From Fistulifera solaris (lineage: Eukaryota): DNA of 64,000 nucleotides. Below are positions 12,290-24,661 of this stretch, in pieces (position 1 is the stretch's first letter; every line of letters starts with the position of its first letter). A program made the position numbers and the translations under genes. Under the pieces are notes generated by a model that saw only the letters and a program-made list of their open reading frames with translations, made no database searches and was not told the origin of the DNA. The DNA is taken from assembly GCA_030295235.1 (NCBI GenBank), contig AP026124.1, positions 1,364,001 through 1,428,000 on the forward strand, written 5' to 3'.

Positions 12290-13186
12290 ATGGCGCATTT
12301 ACAGATTGTAAAGCATAACGGCATACCTTCAAGTTCTGAAATAATATGTATTTGTTAATTGAGAACCCGCACAAGGGGAATAATCTCGGTTCTATCATTC
12401 GGTGTGCCTGTGCTTTCGGAATACAAATTGTAGTGGCAGTCGGCTACGAGCAATATTCTGCGGAGGGTAAGCGCGCATGGTGTATCAAAAGTTCCTGATG
12501 CAAACAATACTCATTCCTTACACCTTGTAGGGTCTCACGGTGCATCCAAGAACGTGGATGTAATTGCCTTTCCTACATCGCAACAAGCCGCAGAATATAT
12601 AACGACGGAACTTTGTTGCTCGGAAATAATTGGTTTGCTGGGATCCGTTGAGAACGGCTACAACACTCTACATCTAGGAATCGATGAAAAATCGAACAAT
12701 CTTAGAGCACAGAAGCATGCCACGACAGAGGATTTGAATTTACTGACAAGTGAATCATGCCCAGTCCATGAGTTGAAGGCGAACCCTAATTGCTGTCTCG
12801 CCGTGCATCGGAAATTTGGTCTCCCTCTTGATTTAGCTCAACACTGCTCTCAATTTGTGCATATTCCTGTTCTATCGGGAATATTGGACTCTCCAGCTTG
12901 TATGTCGATCGTTTTGCACGAGTTCACGGAACAGTTTGAGTACACGGAGCAAGGTTTTCGGGGCCAGAAATTCGCAGTTGTCCGACCGAATGTAGAGACT
13001 ATGAAAGCGAAGAGAAGTCAAGAACGCCTGAACAAAAGTTGTTGCGCCACAAGGAATGTGACGAGATTGATCATTACGGAGAAGTGTTCGAATACATCGG
13101 TGATTATTAGTCCCCATCACAGAATGGAGCGCAGCGTCTACCCTAGAATGTTCAGTTGTGTGACATTAGCATTGAAGACATTATGA
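12290..13186 (+). CDS. SpoU/TrmH-family RNA 2'-O-methyltransferase; intron 12467-12530; probable frameshifts at ~12340 and ~13028 (alternative stop 13110)
   Basis: LLIENPHKGNNLGSIIRCACAFGI (SPOUT motif 1), GSHGA across the splice junction, and FVHIP...LDSPACMSIVLHEF. Confidence 0.75.
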
Positions 13187-13629
13187 AATCTTCGGCAGGC
13201 TCAGATGACGACTCATCGCCTTAAATTGGAGTACCGCTTAGAGGGTTACAGCGCAACGAGAGGATGAGACGCGCATTTAATAAGAGCCCATCACCCTTTG
13301 TGCATCTTATGGTCCAGTGCGAAGTGCGAATACTAGACGAACTTTATTAGCTTTTAGCTTTATAGAGATAATAGGCGTCTGTTGTATACTACTCCGTAAA
13401 ACCTAAAATAAAATGGAGTAGGTCTTTTCATGGTGGCTATTTTAGGTTATCAGGTCATTGACGGACAAATGACGGACAATGCAGCTAGAAAATCGCGTCA
13501 GCATTCAGCATCCATAGCTTTCATTTCCCATGTTCGTTTCTTCTTTTTCATTTGCGAAAGCTCTAAAACGAAAGAAGCTGATAGAGCAATAACCGCAAAT
13601 CAATCTCCCTGTGTATTAAGTGTATCGAA

Positions 13630-13971
13630 ATGCCATCATCATCCGAGGCGGAAAATGCGGGCCGTCTGAAGGACTTAGGCCGTGAATCACGACTGTCGTT
13701 CCGAAACATTGCCGAACATCAACTTCGACGTGAGCTGAAAGAAAAGGCACTTGAAATTTGCGATCCGGTGATTAAGACATTTGCCGAGTGTTCACAAGAG
13801 AAAGGCCTCTGGGTCATCTTTTCGTGCAAAGAGCAATTTAAAAAAGTGAATGAATGTCTGAATCAAAACAGCGGAGAAGAAGCATGGCAAAAATATAAAT
13901 CTGAACACCAAAATGAGATTGAAAGCAGAGCTCTTGGAAAAAGAAAATGTAAGGGGCCGAAAAACGAATAG
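13630..13971 (+). CDS. CMC1: COX assembly mitochondrial protein (CMC1-like, twin CX9C); 3' end may be spliced
   Basis: CDPVIKTFAEC...CKEQFKKVNEC twin CX9C motif with the preceding LKEKALEIC. Confidence 0.8.
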   Translation: MPSSSEAENAGRLKDLGRESRLSFRNIAEHQLRRELKEKALEICDPVIKTFAECSQEKGLWVIFSCKEQFKKVNECLNQNSGEEAWQKYKSEHQNEIESRALGKRKCKGPKNE

Positions 13972-14343
13972 CGCGGAGCGGTGGCTTACTTAAGTGCATA
14001 CAATACCTGGTTTGGTCCACCAGTGTTCCTCAACTCGCTCAACAGTTATTGTCGCCTGCGTCGAGCCTGAATCGACGCTTAATAATGAATAAGATCAGGC
14101 TAAAATGGGTTGATGCTCAAGACTTTTGTGCGCTTGCCAATGCAGGACTATGATTTCGTAACGATTTCCACCATTTGTAGCTGTTGAATTATTGGGTTGT
14201 TTTTGCTACAACACTTCCCAGTTTCATTCTTTCGATCCATCGGGACATTGAAAACGTTTAATAGAAGACAACAGCTTTTTATTTGGAATTTGCTGCTGTA
14301 GCTTCCTACCTTATCTACCTATACATAGCTAAACAACGTAAGT

Positions 14344-14700
14344 CCAGAAAGTGATGGAACGATACTCTTACATTCCCAGAAAATCTGGGGATGTGGTGTT
14401 TTCACGTGGACAGAAACTCGGGGCATGTGGTGTTTTCACGTCCTCGGAAAATCTTGAGGTCTGATTCTGATGTTGCCCCTTCCGAGAAACTTGGGGCATG
14501 TGGTGTTCTCTCGTCACAGACTATCTTGGCGTGTGATGTTTTCAAGTGCGCAGAAAATCTTGGGACGTAGTCTTTCACATCCCCTGAAAATCTGGGGGTC
14601 AAAACCTAAGCGTGCGGTGTCTTCACGTACCCAGAAAATCTGGTTGAGTGGTGTTTTTACGTGCACACAGAAAATCTGACTACGTGGTGTCTTTTTTGGA
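14344..14700. repeat. Minisatellite of ~9-10 degenerate ~34-bp units (CAGAAAATCTGGGGCATGTGGTGTTTTCACGTNN)
   Basis: Unit starts at ~14377, 14411, 14445, 14483, 14517, 14551, 14584, 14632 and 14668. Confidence 0.9.
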
Positions 14701-14907
14701 CTTACCCCTTGTATTCCATACCAGATAAAGTTGCGGTACCGGTCGAACTAGCACCGTACTACCAGTACCGTATCATCTGTGGTACCGGTACCGGTACCAG
14801 CGGTGTTTGCTGTTTTTTGACCATAATTTACCTTGATGAACTGAGGTGCAAATTGCAAAGCGGTTCATTTTCAATCTGTTGTTGCCTTTCGATAACTGAA
14901 AACGAAT

Positions 14908-16004
14908 ATGGACTTTTCACTGCCATCAGCACCGGCCGTTGGGGCAGTTATACCCAGCCGCTACGAGGCAACGAGTATGTGTTATCATGAAAACGGCAAA
15001 CGCTTGTTTGTTGCGTACGAAGCAGGCTCTCTCCTCCAAGCGATCGACTGCATGAGTGGATCGGCAGCAAAACCTGCATTAAAATGCGAGGATGAACGAA
15101 TTCATTGTTTAGAAGCGACGTAAGTGGATTTTTTGGTTTACTTAGTTGTTTTTTTCTCTGTCACAAGAATCGTCATTCTAATTTTTTTCGCACAAATAGA
15201 CACCACGAAGAGTGCGTTCTTATTGCCGGCAAAGGTTCTCCTACCGTCCCTTCGAATCAGAGAAGCGCTATTACTTATTGGTCGCTGTATGATAATAAGA
15301 TCTTGCGGAAATTTCGCGGCCACACTGATCAGATCACAAAAATTTCAATGAACCCCGCCGATGACACCTTTCTCTCGTCTAGTAAAGACAGGACAGTTCG
15401 ACTGTGGTCTGCTCAGTCCGCCGGATCGCTTGCCGAACTAAAACTACCAGGAGATCGTACCAGTAAAGATCCTTTGGCGGCGTTCGATTGTACGGGCCTT
15501 GTGTTTGCCGTGACAGCCAAGATGGCCGAGAACCAGGGACAATATTTACACCTCTACGATGCAAGAAATTACGGTGTCGGCGCCTTCGCAGAATTGAAGA
15601 TAAAACGGGATGATATTGAAAAGGCTTTGCAGAGTTTCGTGAGCGTCAGTCCAGATCAGCTCGCCACATTCAGCCATGCGGATTTTACGTCCCTTCAGTT
15701 TAATACATCAGGTAATAAGATCTTGGCTGGCACTGATCGGGGCATGTCTTTCGTAATGGACGGTTTCGAAGGAACTATTCAAGGGGTCTTCGTCAGTACT
15801 TCACAGCGCCCGGCTGTATCATGTTTCTCTTCGGATGATAAAACCATCATGGTTGGGAATGAAGATGGAAGTATTACTTGCTGGGATGTTGAAACTGGGA
15901 GTATGGTGAAGCGCCTAGATGGGCACCCGGATCCTGTACAATGTATAGCTTCCAATCCGAAATTTGCATCCGCGTCCACGCAAACAGCTTTGTGGACATG
16001 GTAA
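14908..16004 (+). CDS. WDR82: WD40 protein WDR82/Swd2 (COMPASS / PNUTS-PP1 component); intron 15120-15199
   Basis: WSLYDNKILRKFRGH, MNPADDTFLSSSKDRTVRLW, AFDCTGLVFAV and LYDARNY are typical of Swd2. Confidence 0.85.
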
Positions 16005-16061
16005 ACAAAACATAATTAAAGCAGAAACGTCGTACATGACTTCTTTCAACTACTAACTCGA

Positions 16062-16436
16062 CTATCCTAAGATATTTTCGTTTTCTCTGTGCCACTGCTC
16101 CAGCGCTTCCTCAACCTGTGTTAACAAGTGGTCCGTCTCACCTCCCAAATCCTCAATAGCGTTCGATAGAACCGCTTTTGGGTCGGTTGTGGCGCTGTTG
16201 GTCTGAATTTTAAGATCGATGTAGTGCACAAGAGGATGCGGGTGGATGTAGCCGGCAAAACGGACATTAGGGTCCCGAAGAAGTTGCATTCTCAATAGAT
16301 TTGCGATTGTATGATCTTCCTTGTTGAATCGAAAGACGCCAGCATTCGCAATCTTCGTATCTGGAGTGTAAACGATCTTTTGCTCGCCGCTACCTTCGTC
16401 GAGGAGAAACGACGATGATCTTTCCGGTGCGTTCAT
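16062..16436 (-). CDS. RPB11: RNA polymerase II subunit RPB11
   Basis: MNAPER, NKEDHTIANLLRMQLL and VRFAGYIHPHPL. Confidence 0.96.
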   Translation of the reverse strand: MNAPERSSSFLLDEGSGEQKIVYTPDTKIANAGVFRFNKEDHTIANLLRMQLLRDPNVRFAGYIHPHPLVHYIDLKIQTNSATTDPKAVLSNAIEDLGGETDHLLTQVEEALEQWHRENENILG

Positions 16437-17065
16437 AGCTTAGTTTGTTCGCCTTCCCCTTTCAAATACACAATAATGCCTTAGTGATTACTCCGTAAAT
16501 GGTTTGTAAGTTGGAATGTGTAATGTAATGGATGTTATTGTAATGCTCTTTTGTGCTTTTGTTGTCACAGCTTTCAGATCGTTGTGAGTTGCGAGTTGCG
16601 AGTTTGCGAGCTAGCAATCGGCCGAGAAAAGGTACGTCAGGCTGTACGTTGCCTTCCTACGACCGTGAATTAATCGCCGTAACTAAGATGCTAGGTACAA
16701 AAACAGACCTAGTTTTCTCGAAGCAAACTTGACCGATTCTCGTTGGATTTGATATTCATAACAACGAATAAAAGGATGAAAAGACTGCGAATTTCGTCGA
16801 CTCTTGTACGCTCGTTCAGGGACAGGAACGTCGAGAGTACGACGGATGAACGACAAATAGCTAATAATACATCATATCACAAAACAAAGTGTTCATAAAT
16901 AAAATCGGAATGATCAATGACTCCGTTACACAATCCATTCCATCACTTCTTTCTTGGCGTACCAAGTTTATTTCCAAAAGCTTGCATCCAGTCGTGATTA
17001 ACAAGCGAACCGAATCAAGCCCTGCTTGTACACACCTTCGTCTTGTACAGTTCTCTCACGCTCAG

Positions 17066-18401
17066 CTATGATTGTCGTCCACGCTTTGCACCCTTGGATA
17101 TCGGCGCCGATGCCCCGCTTCGCTTTCTATCATCTACTACGATAGGTGGCCGCCGAACTTCAGAGGCATCTACGAGCGATCGGAGAGAAGACAGCGGGCC
17201 AGTGTGTGTTTGGCTGTCATCGATAGGTGCGATGCTGCTTCTTCGCCTCGCTAAATTCTTCTCGGGGGCGTCTTCCTGGCCGAGAGTCTGTTCATTGAGA
17301 CGACTGATCATATTAATGAAAAGTCGCTCGTCCTCGTACAATGCCTCGTTGCCTTGTTCCAAAAGTGACTTTGACACGTCTTCATACATTTGTTCACATC
17401 GATTGATCATGTCAAGAACTTTGGGGTACGATGCAAAGTTACTCTTCAAAGATAATGTTAGTCGGACAGGAGAAGGGCAACTGCGAACAGGCAAACATCT
17501 TACCTTATTGACTATTTTCGACATGAAAGCGGTACGAGTTTGGTGCCCTGTTACTTTGTCATGCTTCTTCAAGATTTTTGAGAAAGAGCAATACGTCATA
17601 ATTGCAAAAGTCTCGAGGAGCAGCAAATCTTTATAGAGCCTATAAATGCTTTTCGCCGATAACGCCCACTTCTCAGATGCAAGCGCATCTGACCTTTTCA
17701 TAATCTCCATCCCCTCTCTCACCCTTTCCTCTCTGATCGAAAACTCCTGCTGAGCTTTGTCGAAAAAGTGTGACGCTTTCTTGAACTCAACATGAAGTTG
17801 TTTGAAGAAGGCGATCTCACCTGGGTTCCTTCCTAGTTCTTGTTTTTGATGCTGTACATCAGATTCAAGATCCCCTGTAAAATCATCATCGCTGGTACGA
17901 GGATCGCATTGTGGCTGCTCAGATTCACCATGTGCAACACAATTGTCTTGACTGCAGACTTTCAAAGTATCCGATAAACTCATAATCTTCTCCTCTACTT
18001 CTGGTTTCTCCAGGGAGTCGTCCGAAGGAATAAACAAAGGAAGATCTTTTATTAGTTTCTGTAGCACAGTGTTTTGTTAGAGTCATTCTTTCGAAACACA
18101 ACTCAATTGAATAGCAATAACGAGCGAATCGTTGGAAAGAGATTCATTCGCCAAGATTCATTTCATCTACGACATTCAACGCGACTGGAAAATGATAGCA
18201 AAATCCATGAAAACTTAGGTACGGGTACCGGAACGATATGAAGAAGACACTCCAAAGCAGACAATTTTGAAGAACCGATCGCCTTGGACCCGTGACCATG
18301 AGCAGCTTTCTTACCTTGAGCATTTTGTAATTTGTCCAGTACGGTGCCCATTCTGGATCAGAGATATCTACAACTTTCTGCAGATTTTTACAAAACTTCA
18401 T
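17066..18401 (-). CDS. SPX-domain protein (phosphate/inositol pyrophosphate sensor); introns 18059-18314 and probably 17444-17503
   Basis: MKFCKNL...YWTNYKMLK|KLIK, FFKQLHVEFKKASHFF and LLLETFAIMTYCSFSKILKKHDK. Confidence 0.9.
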
Positions 18402-19169
18402 GTTTCATTGTGCGGGGTCTCAGATTACCGAATGTTAGAGCGCTCGTGTTTTGTTTGTTCCGTGCGTTTGTGAGAAGAGGCGTGATGTTGATGTGTCGTG
18501 TGTTTTGGGGGTGGAAAATTCGAGGGGTCCGCGTCCACGTCCACGTTGGCAAGCACACGTAAGAAAATGTACTGAGCAACCAGTAGGAATGCTAGGTACA
18601 TTGTGCTCTACAGTATACGTCAAGGGAGGCTTCGCGGTGCCAGATTTCTTGTTGGATACAAGATACAAGTACCACTGCAATAACTCCGTTCAACCCAAAT
18701 ACTTTATGGATAACAGAAACAAGAAAGCATTTTTATCAATGTTTACTGTTTAACAGTATATCTATTGGATCACCTTATCCTTAACAGCTATAAATGTGGT
18801 TACCATTACGACTCCTTTTGATTTTGGTGTCCTCATCCGTCTCGGTCTCATCACACGCGAGACCATGGACATGGACATTGACATGGACGCCCGCAACGCC
18901 ATACGCCATGGGCAACAGCATTTGTTTTCAGCTCAGATTAAACAGTGTCATATGATCTTTCTTTAACCTGCACGCTCTAGAAAGCCATTGGATCTTTCAA
19001 TCTATCCTGGTCATTGCTTTTGTTGGGTTGGGAGTCTCAATCGACGACACCTGATACGGTACTTGATTCCTCTTCGCACCTTCACAGTGGCGTTTCATAA
19101 GCAAGTATTGTAACTGGTACCGCAAGCACTTCTTCTTCAAGACAAAATAAATTTCACACCTGCGGCATA

Positions 19170-20171
19170 ATGTCAGCTAATATCTCCAACGAAGTGGAAA
19201 ATTCGCCACCCGAGACTAAGACGACACCCGCCCAAGTCGATCGACGACCTTCGCAACGGCGAAGAAAAATGTAAGTTCTGATATCTTTCAAACCGAATGA
19301 GAGATAAAAAGTGCTCACCATTCTATCTAATTCAGATATGCGGTGTCAACTACGTGGGAACGACAATTAGCAGAAGGTCGGTCGCAGCCTGATGTTCACA
19401 CTTATTTCTGTTGTTGCGCACAGCGCATTGGGAACATGTTCTCGCTTCTTTCGTACCAGGATGGATCGCCGATGGTCATTGCCGGCCCGTGCTGGCCGTT
19501 TTGTGCATTAGTGACGGTCCCTTTGATTCTCGGGGTGTCTGGTACGGTGTGCTACTTTTGATAGTTGACAACAGCTACTCGTCATTGGTGAGTAAAAGAA
19601 AGAAAGTCTCTTTCGGTTAGAATTTTTCTCGATACACTTACAAAGTCGACGCTTTTTTGGTGAACCGCACAGCCTCAATGGCTACTCTATCTGTATATCC
19701 CTGCGGTGCTCTTTGTTCTTTTGAGTCTTTTCTGCGTTAGCTGTCGAGATCCCGGTCTGATGGAGCGCGTGACGGTGAGTGACGGAGAGTCTTATTCATT
19801 TCATAGTAGCGGCATTTTTGTCTGACCTTGGGCTTTGTAAAGGATGAGGAAGCTGGGGAAGGTGGTTGGTTTTGGAATGAGCAAGTAGGAAGTTTTCGTC
19901 CTCCGGGTGCTCTCTACTGTCGAGAATGTGGTGTACTAATTCAAGATTATGATCACTTGTACGTAAAAGTGTGGGCATGTTTTGTGTTTTTGCATCATTC
20001 TAAATTCATTACCCCTTTTCGTGAACATTCTACAGATGTCCTTGGACCGGTACAAGCATTGGCAAGAAGAACATGTGGGCATTTAAAACGTTCGTCATTA
20101 GCGTCAATATGCTTTGCTACTTGTCCATCGGTATTCTTGTTTGGGCACTATTAGACGGTCTAGCATCTTAG
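19170..20171 (+). CDS. DHHC-family palmitoyltransferase-like protein; introns 19271-19335, 19588-19672, 19775-19842, 19959-20035; frameshift ~19557
   Basis: SCRDPG, RPPGALYCRECGVLIQDYDHL|CPWTGTSIGKKN and transmembrane helices. Confidence 0.82.
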
Positions 20172-20405
20172 TCAATATAAGTTTTTTTTACTTTCTGCCT
20201 TTTAAATAACATGAGCAAGCACGTTCAGTATCCTTGGTTGTCGACAACGTCTATCCGTCAGGTACGTTGGCTCTGCCCTTCCTTAAATTCAACTTGTCGA
20301 TTTTAGTGCGAACCAACAACAACAACAACAAAACTCATTAGTTGAAATTGTTGTGGCTTGAATCGTGAGCTTCGTATTTAATTATTACTGTGGCCCCAGC
20401 TGAAG

Positions 20406-20614
20406 CCACGACTGGATTTCAGTCATGAGTTATCAACGATTCTTTTGTTCGAGCAGCATACATTGTTACCTTCCGCGTTTTGTTTGCAATCTCCGTGTAT
20501 CAATAGATCCGGATTTTAGTTCTCACTACATTTACAAGTCGAATCCAATGTTGACTCTCATAATGCTCTTGAGTCTTGATCTTCGTAGGAGCCACGACTG
20601 GGTTTCAGTCATGA
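20406..20614. repeat. Pair of 23-bp palindromic elements (20406-20428, 20592-20614)
   Basis: CCACGACTGGATTTCAGTCATGA and CCACGACTGGGTTTCAGTCATGA; same family as the copies at 46426, 52786, 52997, 57409, 62440 and 62673. Confidence 0.85.
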
Positions 20615-20775
20615 GACAGCAGACGCCCCCTTTTTCGTTCGTTATCACAGTTCGAAACGTTTCTGCGTTGTTCGCGACTCGCGACGGCGCGATAGAGAGA
20701 AAAGAAAATTTGTAGATGCAAAAATTTACGATAGACACTTACTTGTAGTTCATAATTTCAAACGATTTCTTGACC

Positions 20776-22317
20776 ATGGATTTTGAGAGGGCGGCAGAAA
20801 GATTGAAAAGGACCATTCCAAAATTCAAAGGCGACGTCCCGTCGCAACATCCGCACAAGCAAAGCTGCAAGCAGAAAGGGCCAAACAGCAACGGCAACAA
20901 TACGCTGCCGAACGAGAAAAGAAACGACGTCAAGAAGACTACATTACTGAATATTATAGACAATGTGAGCGTAAGTTTAAACTGCTTTGATTCTTTTGCT
21001 ATATTTCGCTCTAAAATCTTCGTCAAAGGTGTTCTGGGAGTGCAACAACTATCAAACATGGCACCGTTGACGCTAAAGGCTGTATCAATCCATGGCGAAG
21101 GCGACAAAATCGCTTTACCTCCGAGTATTTTAGAGTACATGACGGCGTTTGAAACAATATCACAATCTCCCTGGATATTTCGAATCGGTGTTCTGAATCC
21201 TGATTATCATTTTCCGGCGTCCCCCACCTTGCAGCAGCTAATGCCACCGGAAGAAAATGACAGTGACGAGATGAGTGACGACGACGGGACAGAAGATTCA
21301 GATAACGAATCATCTCATTCCATTTACTTGGAAGAGCTATCCCAAAAATACTTGGCGTATACACACGGAACAGTTGTCGAGTTCACTCAAGAAGAAGGAT
21401 GTGTCGGCTTGCCGGAACCCATTGCAGCGGCGTTGCTCAAAAACCCAACAATTCGCAAAACGCGGACAGTAGATCCATCAACAATAAGTACGACCAAAAA
21501 CAAAGGTGAAGATAATGTGGACGAGGAAATGTCATTGGGTGAAACGGATGATGACAGTCCCAAGACAGCCGGCCACCTGGCTTGGGGAGCCTTTGACGTG
21601 CCCGACTTGCCGGTTGAAATCACTTGGATTCAAAAATTGCCGAGAGGAAACGCTTGCGAATTGACGCCGACTTTAGAGGCAGTGCGATCGGGGTTCTATT
21701 CTTTGCAAGATATCAAACTAGTTCTTGAACAAAGTTTAATCCGAACGCGTGCTACCCTTTCCGTCGGAGATACCGTGCACACCTGGCATCGCGGTATGAA
21801 GTACGATCTTCAAGTATCGTCTGTTACTCCTTCCAAGTACAATACAGTCATTTGCATAAATACTGATTTAGAGGTTGAATTCGGAAAAGCGCCGGATGAT
21901 GACACAAAGGAGAAAGGCCAGGAGAATACACCGTCAGAGAATGTCAAACCGTTGGGTCAGGCTTTAGGATACAAGCTATCGTCGCCTGCTTCCATGTCGT
22001 CCGCATCTGCAACTAATGTGAAAGTTGAAGCAATCGCTTTATTGGACGAGCCACCTTTGACTCAAACTGACCACGTGTGCACGGTACAAATTAGAGCTCC
22101 GAATGGTGAAAAGGCACAACGTCGGTTTGATGTGCGTCAAGCAACACTAAACGATCTAATGGCTCTCGCCGAAACGCTAGAACTTGGAGATGAGCAATTT
22201 CAGCTGGTAACTCGATTTCCGAGACGAGTTTATCAAAGGATTGATGGTAGAAAAAGTCTAGAAACGGCTGGAATACTTGCAGGGCAAGAAGTCTTTTTAG
22301 TAGAAAAGTTAAGCTAA
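20776..22317 (+). CDS. UFD1-like protein with C-terminal UBX domain; frameshift ~20806, intron 20971-21028
   Basis: GDKIALPPSIL, THGTVVEFTQEEG, KLVLEQSL...ATLSVGD, INTDLEVEF; UBX motifs VQIRAPNG...RRF...LVTRFPRRVY. Confidence 0.85.
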   Translation: MDFERAAERLKRTIPKFKGDVPSQHPHKQSCKQKGPNSNGNNTLPNEKRNDVKKTTLLNIIDNVSVSLNCFDSFAIFRSKIFVKGVLGVQQLSNMAPLTLKAVSIHGEGDKIALPPSILEYMTAFETISQSPWIFRIGVLNPDYHFPASPTLQQLMPPEENDSDEMSDDDGTEDSDNESSHSIYLEELSQKYLAYTHGTVVEFTQEEGCVGLPEPIAAALLKNPTIRKTRTVDPSTISTTKNKGEDNVDEEMSLGETDDDSPKTAGHLAWGAFDVPDLPVEITWIQKLPRGNACELTPTLEAVRSGFYSLQDIKLVLEQSLIRTRATLSVGDTVHTWHRGMKYDLQVSSVTPSKYNTVICINTDLEVEFGKAPDDDTKEKGQENTPSENVKPLGQALGYKLSSPASMSSASATNVKVEAIALLDEPPLTQTDHVCTVQIRAPNGEKAQRRFDVRQATLNDLMALAETLELGDEQFQLVTRFPRRVYQRIDGRKSLETAGILAGQEVFLVEKLS

Positions 22318-22393
22318 AGCGATGATGTATGTTCAGATTCGAAATCTGTAGCAGTTTTGAGTCAGTAATGAGTTATGAACTAGTTTAAGTTTG

Positions 22394-24211
22394 TTAACTT
22401 CCTATAAAAAACTTTTGTGTCTCCAAGATTTCAGCCTCTTCGATGGTGCTACACGGTGTCAGCGTCCAGACTTCTAGATACTGGATTTCAAACTCTGTGT
22501 TGTTTGTCAAGCTACCGCACAGCCTTGGGTTTGCGAATGTGGCGCATGAGTTGGTCTCACCTCCGAGTAAATCCCCGTCGATAGTAAAACCGATACCCGT
22601 CGGTTCTTGCGGGAAAGGATTGGTTTCGGTCTCGTTCCAAACGCCTCCTCCGATGGCAAGTGTCTTGTTGGTCGCATATTGTACAAGAACATCGTGACCT
22701 GTATGCGGATAAACTTCCATCTCGTTGTCGTTCAAATGACTTCGAGTCTCGCTGTTCCTTCTGCGACGCGAATGCTTTAAACGCCACACAAAGGATTCGT
22801 CTGAACCGAACCAGGAACGCCGGATGCGCCACGGCGTGGAACAAAATACACCAAAGACAAACCCAGCGGTAGTCTCCACAACCAATATTGTGTGCATTGA
22901 AGTTCGTATCGTTGCCAAGAGTGACATCAGCGACCCATCATCGCCGTAAAAAGAAAATTTCATCCAAAAATTCTCTTCAGCGATATGCATGGGTAGAAAT
23001 CCACGAAGTGCTTCCATAACCGCCGGAGTTAAAACTTGAGGCTTCCTTTCAGACATGCCGAGGATTCGAAACGGATATTTTTTAGTTCCATCGAGGGCAT
23101 ACGGGGCTACTATATTTTTCCTCCGAACAGTTTTTGTTCTCCGACTCACTTGCTTCGCATGATGATTCGTCTGGTGAATTGAGGAGGGATGAGGAAACAC
23201 GAAACAAGGCATCCGACGTGAGAACTTTGGACGCTTGATTCACTGCGTCAATTTGTGACGGCGAGGGATCCGTAAAATTTTCCCGTACTAGATCAAGCAG
23301 AAAATCACTTTCAACAGCGTTCAGCGTTGTTTCTTTTGCACGATGGTTGTTTTCAAAAGGCGGCACGCCAATAGATATTGTTCTCGGACGTCGGTAGCAA
23401 CATCGCTAGGAAGATAAGAGAGGGTAGTGATCTGACTACGTTGACCTTGGTCCCTTACCTCTTCGCGAACACCCGTGCTAACATTGTGACACGGCTGTTC
23501 AGATCTTTTAAAATGGTCCCGATAAGGCGTTGGTTCTGATCGAGTGGATTCATCTTTGATAGTCGTCACTAAAAGACGCTGTGAATCATTGTCGTCGGAT
23601 GACAAAGATGATATCACAGTGGTAGGCGACCATATTCTTGAATTTCCGTTTGTGGGAGATGCTGGAGAAAAGTGCCTATCCATTGCTACCCTATCTCGAC
23701 TATTCGACACGATGCCCTCAATCGTCCCTAGACTTTGCTCAGCTGACTGCTGAATTCGTCTTGGAGGATCCGTTCGTGGCACTCGTACGGTAGGAATCGT
23801 CGATAGTTGTGGAGCGTGGATACTAAGAGGTGCCTTACTGTCGAGTGAGTGTGCTTTACGATTTCCTTCGCCGGACTTTAGTGCACGACTGACCGTGCTG
23901 AGATCATCGACTTCAATCGAATCCAACGTTGCTATCTTCGTCTTATCAAATACTCTCAATTGCAAAGTGCGCTGTAAGGGCGGATCGGGTTCCTGTCGCT
24001 GCTTAGTGCATTGTTCTTTCTTTTCCTTTCGGGGACTCGCTTTTCTCGAATCTCTCCATGCTTTCACAGCCTGGATGTCTTCTTCGAAAACAGGAATGGG
24101 TTCACCTCTCGATATGTTGATTTGCAACGGTGCCGTAGGTGCTTGATGATTCGCTCGTTGTTGATTGTCGGCATCATTCTCACTGGTATCGATACAGCAC
24201 CAACAGGCCAT
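22394..24211 (-). CDS. TLDc-domain (OXR1/NCOA7-like) protein; frameshifts ~23335 and ~23117
   Basis: GFVFGVFCSTPW, WFGSDESFVW, LAIGGG, GETNSCATFANPRL and FEIQYLEVW. Confidence 0.82.
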
Positions 24212-24661
24212 GTTCTTGAAAAGTACTTGGGAATGGATTGATTTGATTATTCATGAGTATCAAGAGAGCTTGGTTTTACAAGAACCTCACAAAATTTTCC
24301 TGCCGATCATAAAAACGTGTCGTAAGTTCTTTCTGGATTAGTGGGCTACCGGTATGTTTTGATGTTGTTTCCTGTTGTTTGTGAGCCGACAACCAAGGGG
24401 AAGAATTTGCGACGACGATGGTAAAGTGCGCATCATTTTTGTTTCGATAAAATTCGAGTTTCTATAGTAAAACAACAAGGTGACACGGATGAATGACGGA
24501 CTCCTGTATTGGCTCGCGCTCATTTTTTGACCACCAAATAAATGGAATTTCTCTCATTTTGACGTTTCACAACAGTCTCCTTCGCGGTGATTAGAGACTT
24601 TCGGACCATCTCTCTTTAAACTGCGTTGATTCTTGTTCCATCATAGCTTAGTGACTACAAA

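Noticed and set aside
13110..13380. Possible structured ncRNA (RNase P/MRP, U3 or telomerase RNA)
   Set aside because: No convincing conserved boxes or full telomere template found by eye; an Infernal/Rfam search would be needed.
14344..14700. CRISPR array
   Set aside because: Units are contiguous degenerate repeats with no unique spacers; no cas genes; eukaryotic context.
20312..20331. (CAA)n microsatellite; also (TATG)n at ~25531 and ATGGAC repeats at ~18865
   Set aside because: Ordinary short simple repeats.
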